Source: a virus (lineage: Duplodnaviria > Heunggongvirae > Uroviricota > Caudoviricetes). Taken from it: a stretch of DNA of 10,867 bases. Of the stretch, positions 6,695 through 10,867 are shown one piece after another. How positions within the stretch are numbered: the first letter of the stretch is position 1; the number at the start of each line of letters is the position of its first letter. A program made the translations under genes and the position numbers. The stretch covers positions 1 through 10,867 of IMG/VR virus record IMGVR_UViG_2541047874_000002; one strand, 5' to 3'. A model generated the notes under the pieces. The model searched no databases, was not told the origin of the DNA, and saw only the letters and a list, made by a program, of their open reading frames with translations.

Positions 6695-7113
6695 AGTACT
6701 ACCTCCTGAAGATTTCCCTGATAAAACGCCAGCACACGCTGCATAACTTCGCTCTTCTGGCAATCGTGACAAATCATGTTCAAGCGCCTGTCGTAACGAC
6801 GTATTTCTCCGTCAGGTAATGACCAGATAAGGTCTGGATCAACCACTACCGATTTCTTCGGCTTTACTCTTGATAGTTTTTTACGGGCGTTTTGCCAGTC
6901 CTTGCGTGCTTGTGCAGACAGAAATATCCCGGAGCCAGAGATATACAAATCACCACTGGCAGCAAGCTCTCTTGATAAACGACTAACAGCACACCGGCTA
7001 ATACCAGTTTCATCCGCAAGTTGCCTAACCGTTCCTCGTCCATTCAGGCGCACGAGTTCCACAATTTGTTTATTCAGTTCTTCCCTCTGTTCTGGTGTAA
7101 AAGCCTTTGCCAT
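6691..7113 (-). CDS. Helix-turn-helix DNA-binding protein (140 aa), hypothetical regulator
   Basis: HTH-like segment (TVRQLADETGISRCAVSRLSRELA); C-terminal CHDC; start overlaps the exonuclease stop (TAATG). Confidence 0.55.
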   Translation of the reverse strand: MAKAFTPEQREELNKQIVELVRLNGRGTVRQLADETGISRCAVSRLSRELAASGDLYISGSGIFLSAQARKDWQNARKKLSRVKPKKSVVVDPDLIWSLPDGEIRRYDRRLNMICHDCQKSEVMQRVLAFYQGNLQEVVL

Positions 7114-7712
7114 TACGATTCTCCTTGCCCTTTTACAAGACGGGAGAAAATTGCGGATACATATTTAGCCTGATGAATAGCATCAGCCAGGGCATTGTGT
7201 CGTTCGCCATCAAATGGCATATCTTTTTTAGGATTAAAACCAATAAACTGACCAAGATTAACGATTGTTCTAACATCCTGATCATTAAAATATTCCCACG
7301 GACAGGCTAAGCCAACGCGCTCATAAACGCCGCGTAAAATTACATTATCGAACGTTGCTCCATTTCCCCATACTTTCAATGTTTTTAAATTACAAGCATG
7401 GCAAGTAATAAAGTGTGATAATTCAAAAAGTGCATCCTTAATATCAAGGGCATCATTAGTACAAATTGCGGCTCTGGCTTCCTTGCTCTGTCGCAACCAC
7501 CATAAAATGGTATCACCATCGGCAACACCACCATTTAACATCGAGCTTCTGAGATTCACTGGTACATAAAAAGTGGCACCTAATTCCTCACTTTCTGGAG
7601 AAAAAAACACTGCCCCGATAGAAACAATTGGAGCACATGTATTAGTACCCATTGTTTCAAGGTCAATCATTACATCAGACCGTTTCCTGTCGTAAATAAT
7701 CTGATTAGTCAC
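7113..7712 (-). CDS. DEDD-family 3'-5' exonuclease (DnaQ-like, phage-type)
   Basis: N-terminal MIDLETMGT Exo I motif and C-terminal H-x4-D (HNALADAIH) motif; GTG start at 7712 with GAGGAG Shine-Dalgarno (alternative ATG at 7670). Confidence 0.7.
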   Translation of the reverse strand: MTNQIIYDRKRSDVMIDLETMGTNTCAPIVSIGAVFFSPESEELGATFYVPVNLRSSMLNGGVADGDTILWWLRQSKEARAAICTNDALDIKDALFELSHFITCHACNLKTLKVWGNGATFDNVILRGVYERVGLACPWEYFNDQDVRTIVNLGQFIGFNPKKDMPFDGERHNALADAIHQAKYVSAIFSRLVKGQGES

Positions 7713-7735
7713 GAATAATTCTCCTCAATGTTTAT

Positions 7736-7939
7736 CTATGCCCAAAACTTCTGTTGATATGTTCTGGATGGTTTTGGCGCTCTTTCTGATTCAGGTAAAT
7801 GAACATAAACGCAATATCCATCACCTAAAAAATCAGAACGAACAACCAGAACTTTCTTACCACGCCGCCGATAAGTATCTGAAAGACGCTCTGCTTCATC
7901 ATGCGTCATCGGCCCCTGTTTAAATGGCGTTATTTTCAT
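7736..7939 (-). CDS. Hypothetical small protein (about 67 aa)
   Basis: First ATG at 7939; the track ORF starts at a GTG inside the palindrome at 7963; no family recognised. Confidence 0.4.
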   Translation of the reverse strand: MKITPFKQGPMTHDEAERLSDTYRRRGKKVLVVRSDFLGDGYCVYVHLPESERAPKPSRTYQQKFWA

Positions 7940-8240
7940 TTTCTTGTGCGACCACGGTCGCACCCTCTCTGATTTCCAAGTAACGCTTAATCCAAAGATT
8001 TTCTATATGCTTATTACCTGGCTGATTTGATAAATACCAATCGGCAATTACAGACTGCTTATTACTATCTGGTCGTGTCCTGTAACCACAAGTTGGACAC
8101 CAAATAACATATTCATTTCTTACCCCCGAATACCTTAATTCTGGCTTCGACGGTTTCCTGAACATAACTTGTTTACAAAGGCAGAATGGCACTTCCTGCC
8201 CGATGGCGTTTGATGATTTCACTGCGCTTCTCCGCCGCAT
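7920..8240 (-). CDS. Small zinc-ribbon protein, possibly Lar-family restriction-alleviation-like
   Basis: CxC...CPTCG cysteine pairs (FCLC, CPTCG) about 22 aa apart; ATG at 8240 overlaps the upstream gene by 68 nt, so the start is uncertain (alternative ATG 8165 would lose the first Cys pair). Confidence 0.4.
   Translation of the reverse strand: MRRRSAVKSSNAIGQEVPFCLCKQVMFRKPSKPELRYSGVRNEYVIWCPTCGYRTRPDSNKQSVIADWYLSNQPGNKHIENLWIKRYLEIREGATVVAQENENNAI
7945..7963. repeat. Copy 3 of dispersed near-palindrome (TGTGCGACCACGGTCGCAC), overlapping the 3' end of the Lar-like ORF and 6 nt upstream of the 7939 ATG
   Basis: Read directly; on the coding (minus) strand it is read in frame as A-T-V-V-A-Q. 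Confidence 0.9.
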
Positions 8241-8883
8241 TTAATAATGCGGTTCGATTTAAGCTCAGACATCGCGACTTAATTAAAAGCCAGCGTTCTT
8301 TATAATCTTGTCTCCAGCTATCAATAGATATATTCAGTAGAAAACTCAGATGCCTGTCCTGTTCTCTCTCATCAACTGCCTCAGCACACGTAAGTTCTGA
8401 TTTAACCTGTTGTGCCGCGTAATAAATCAATTTCCGCATGGCTTTTTTCGTGGAGGCCTTCATTTTTTTAAAGCCGCCCCCCGAATGAGCAACCAGAAAA
8501 TCAAGCCATAACCACTGACAAACAATCACATCATTGTTGTAATCAGGCTTGCATCCGTAGCAATAATAAAGCCAGGCTGATTCCTCGTTATTCAACTGAC
8601 CAATAGCCCTGCGCCAGCTGGCGCTCTGAAAATCAATATCAGTGAGCAACATTGATGATTGTTTAAATGTTTTCCCCTGATGGAATCTAACCGGCTCAGC
8701 AGGAACGGACACTTCGTATGAGTTATCATCCCCCACACTGATTGACCGGACTGGTTTATTGTTAAACCGTCCTGATCTACCGAGACGCATCTGCTCAAGC
8801 TGGACCTCCAGAATGCCACGCTGGCGATAATGAACATCAGCCAATGCCGTAGAGACGCAGCTGCGTATATACTCAAGCTCCAC
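8173..8883 (-). CDS. Hypothetical early protein (236 aa from GTG 8883; alternative ATG 8790)
   Basis: Long ORF immediately downstream of the cro-like gene; contains CYGC; function not recognisable by eye (replication or regulatory role possible). Confidence 0.5.
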   Translation of the reverse strand: MELEYIRSCVSTALADVHYRQRGILEVQLEQMRLGRSGRFNNKPVRSISVGDDNSYEVSVPAEPVRFHQGKTFKQSSMLLTDIDFQSASWRRAIGQLNNEESAWLYYCYGCKPDYNNDVIVCQWLWLDFLVAHSGGGFKKMKASTKKAMRKLIYYAAQQVKSELTCAEAVDEREQDRHLSFLLNISIDSWRQDYKERWLLIKSRCLSLNRTALLNAAEKRSEIIKRHRAGSAILPL

Positions 8884-9094
8884 GCTTACGACTCTCCTTA
8901 ATCGACTGCTTTACCCGCCGAGTTGTAAAGTCACTCTTCAGCTTATAAGCAGTACGAACTTCAATATCGCTTTGCCGCAATGAAGGAATCTCTCCAGCGG
9001 TTAACCATTGGTAAACAGCTCCGGGTGTTACACCTACCCCTGCCGCTGCTTTTTCTACACTGCCAAAATGGCGAATAAGTTCTTCTGGTTTCAT
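8873..9094 (-). CDS. cro: Cro-like repressor (P22 Cro-type HTH)
   Basis: MKPEELIRHFGSVEKAAAGVGVTPGAVYQW resembles recalled P22 Cro (DVIDHFGTQRAVAKALGISDAAVSQW); divergent from the CI-like gene across an operator-rich region. No obvious Shine-Dalgarno. Confidence 0.7.
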   Translation of the reverse strand: MKPEELIRHFGSVEKAAAGVGVTPGAVYQWLTAGEIPSLRQSDIEVRTAYKLKSDFTTRRVKQSIKESRKRGA

Positions 9095-9185
9095 GTTGTT
9101 ATTATAAACAATAAACAACAATTAAAGCCAGCTATAATAAATAAATTTTATAGCCAGCTATAAGAAGATCATTTATGATTACAGT
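9095..9185. promoter_or_regulatory. Immunity-region divergent promoter/operator segment
   Basis: Direct repeat of GCCAGCTATAA (9127-9137, 9153-9163); 16-bp near-palindrome TTATAGCCAGCTATAA (9148-9163) and half-related TTAAAGCCAGCTATAA (9122-9137); TTGTT...AACAA repeats at 9096-9120. The CI-like ATG has no Shine-Dalgarno, so a leaderless mRNA is possible. Confidence 0.55.
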
Positions 9186-9782
9186 ATGAAAACACGAGGC
9201 GAACGACTGAAAGCACGCCGTTTAGAGATGAAGCTGACGTTGCGAGAAGTTGCTGAGGCTGTCGATATCTCTATAGCAGGCGTCCAAAACTTAGAACGTG
9301 GCGACGTAATGCCGTCACTGGAGATAGGTATTGCCCTGGCTAAGTGCTTACGCAAGCCAGTGCATTGGGTGCTATATGGGACAGAATATGACCCTGATCG
9401 CATTCCTGTTATTGGCACAACTGAAAGTGGGCCGGATGAAGAGTGGAAGCCGGGACAGGTTCCAAATACTGAGCGATTCCTGCCATTCATCAGCCAGCGC
9501 AATACTGTGTATGCGTTAACTATCAGCAATCTTACGCAGGGAAACTATCAGCCAGGCGATTTTCTCCTGGTCGATTCTGCGCTGGAACTGGTCCCCGGCG
9601 AGGATGTTCTGGTTCGTGATACTGCAGGAAATATCACTATCCAGCGCCTGGCCCGTTTTGATGATGAAAATTACTATCTGGATGGAACAAACTCACAACG
9701 CGCCATCTTCAGGAAAAGCGATCTTGAATTTGTTCACCAAATAGTCGGAACGATCAAATCATTCATGGTTGAGGGTAGATGA
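9186..9782 (+). CDS. CI-like prophage repressor: N-terminal XRE HTH plus LexA/S24-like C-terminal domain with apparently degenerate catalytic Lys
   Basis: 198 aa; HTH (LTLREVAEAVDISIAGVQNLERG); C-terminal PGDFLLVD...NITIQRL aligns by eye with LexA GDLLAV...VTVKRL but has Gln where the catalytic Lys would be. Confidence 0.75.
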   Translation: MKTRGERLKARRLEMKLTLREVAEAVDISIAGVQNLERGDVMPSLEIGIALAKCLRKPVHWVLYGTEYDPDRIPVIGTTESGPDEEWKPGQVPNTERFLPFISQRNTVYALTISNLTQGNYQPGDFLLVDSALELVPGEDVLVRDTAGNITIQRLARFDDENYYLDGTNSQRAIFRKSDLEFVHQIVGTIKSFMVEGR

Positions 9783-9884
9783 CTTAATACGGGGTTTATT
9801 GTTTGCTGTAAATCTGGTTTAATGCAGGGCATATGTTCTGTGGGTTGACTCAGGTTACAGCAGCAGAAAAAAGACGAAAAAAAA

Positions 9885-9912
9885 CCCGAGTCGGCAAACT
9901 CGGGTCCTTTTC
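9885..9912 (+). terminator. Rho-independent terminator after the CI-like gene
   Basis: CCCGAG-TCGGCAAA-CTCGGG hairpin followed by TCCTTTTC and preceded by an A-tract (possibly bidirectional). Confidence 0.5.
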
Positions 9913-10026
9913 AGGAAGCAGCCACAACAACGCGACAGATTCCGTCAATTCAAGATGCGTTTATTGTGGCTGCTCCTGCGGATTTTTTCAACCCGAAAAA
10001 ACATAATTCGCATGGAATGGCTAAAA

Positions 10027-10866
10027 AATGACATTAAACGATTTCTATGCGGATCGCTTTGGCAGCGATCCGTTCTCGCTAATTGAAGCAGCACGGGATG
10101 AACTAACCGAGCTGGCACAGATGGCTGGTATCAACTGGCCTGCCTGTTCCGACAACATCCAACTCAACCCTCGCGGGGGGGTTGAGCGTTACTCTTCATA
10201 CAATAAAACATCTCCAGAAGCTCTCGAAAAGAGCCTGAAAGGACGCGTAGAAATTTACTCCAGGCTGGAACACAGCAAAGGGATTGATTACCCGTTCATT
10301 AACTTCGTCCATAAAGGCAGCGATGCTGGCTCATGGAGCGGTTTCTCCTTCCTGTTTTCTGAATATCGCCGTGAGCAACAACGGAATAATGCGACCGTGG
10401 TCGCACAACCGGAAGAAGAACGGGAAAGAATAGAACGTCAGGCCGAAGCACGTCGTCGCCGTGAAGAACAAAAACGAATTAATGACCTGAAAAACAACCA
10501 AATGGACCATGAACGTTTGCTGGGATGGCTGGCATTCCACAGCGCGTGGGAACATGCTCAGGCTGAAGACGGCTCATGGCCATATGCGATTAAAAAAGGT
10601 ATTCGTGACGTTTTTAGTTCATGTGATGTGCGTCGCGTGACCAGTCACGACAGTGCGAAATGGAGCCGGGGGCCAACCACATATATGGCTATCCCTCTGG
10701 CTCACCTGGACGGTCGTTATGATGGTCGTATTGTGGGTTGGCAGCGAATCGACAAACAAGGTGGGAAATACCAGACCAGCGCAGTAACCAGCGGCGATTT
10801 CGTCGGTGCCTGCTTTGTTATCGGTGAGCTGAAAGGGGCGCAAAACATCGCTGTTACAGAAGGTTT
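10027..10866 (+). CDS. Primase-like replication protein, N-terminal part (truncated by window end)
   Basis: Frame open from ATG 10027 to the window end (280 codons, verified codon by codon); charged linker EEERERIERQAEARRRREEQKR; ends in IAVTEGF, resembling the start of a TOPRIM acidic motif. Not in the ORF track because it has no stop. Confidence 0.5.
10390..10407. repeat. Copy 4 of dispersed near-palindrome (TGCGACCGTGGTCGCACA) inside the primase-like coding sequence
   Basis: Read directly; encodes A-T-V-V-A-Q in the plus frame, just before the charged linker. Confidence 0.9.
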
Positions 10867-10867
10867 T

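Noticed and set aside
8173-8883. Calling the 236-aa early protein an antiterminator Q, or a replication initiator
   Set aside because: No convincing match to recalled Q or O/P sequences, and it is about 5 kb from the late region; left as hypothetical.
10331-10843. Minus-strand ORFs 10331..10555 and 10619..10843
   Set aside because: Antisense to the long open plus-strand primase-like frame; probably shadow ORFs.
1-10867. CRISPR array, rRNA, tRNA, insertion-sequence inverted repeats or integrase
   Set aside because: No direct-repeat/spacer periodicity, no transposase or integrase ORF and no rRNA/tRNA-like structure was seen on either strand; attachment sites and integrase, if any, lie outside this window.

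Overview
This window reads as an enterobacterial lambdoid-type prophage segment (E. coli-like; Rz is close to phage lambda Rz), almost entirely transcribed on the minus strand. All calls are from reading the sequence and recalled protein families; no database search was run. From right to left: a partial primase-like gene (plus, runs off the window), a CI-like repressor (plus) divergent from a P22-Cro-like gene with an operator-rich intergenic region, then an early operon (hypothetical 236 aa, Lar-like zinc ribbon, small ORF, DEDD 3'-5' exonuclease, HTH protein, Ea22-like protein, a tandem paralog pair, a 108-aa zinc-ribbon protein). Next come a LexA-box-controlled small gene, a plus-strand HigB/HigA-like toxin-antitoxin pair, a two-gene operon of unknown function, a promoter/terminator region, a beta-class DNA methyltransferase, and a complete lysis cassette (holin, SAR endolysin, Rz with embedded Rz1) followed by a DUF4406-like gene. 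The most unusual signal is a 17-20 bp near-palindrome, TGTGCGACC(AC/GT)GGTCGCACA, present four times at gene or module junctions. A second candidate system is a CI-like repressor whose catalytic Lys appears replaced by Gln, paired with a small gene behind a near-consensus LexA box, suggesting antirepressor-based SOS induction. No rRNA, tRNA or CRISPR array was found.
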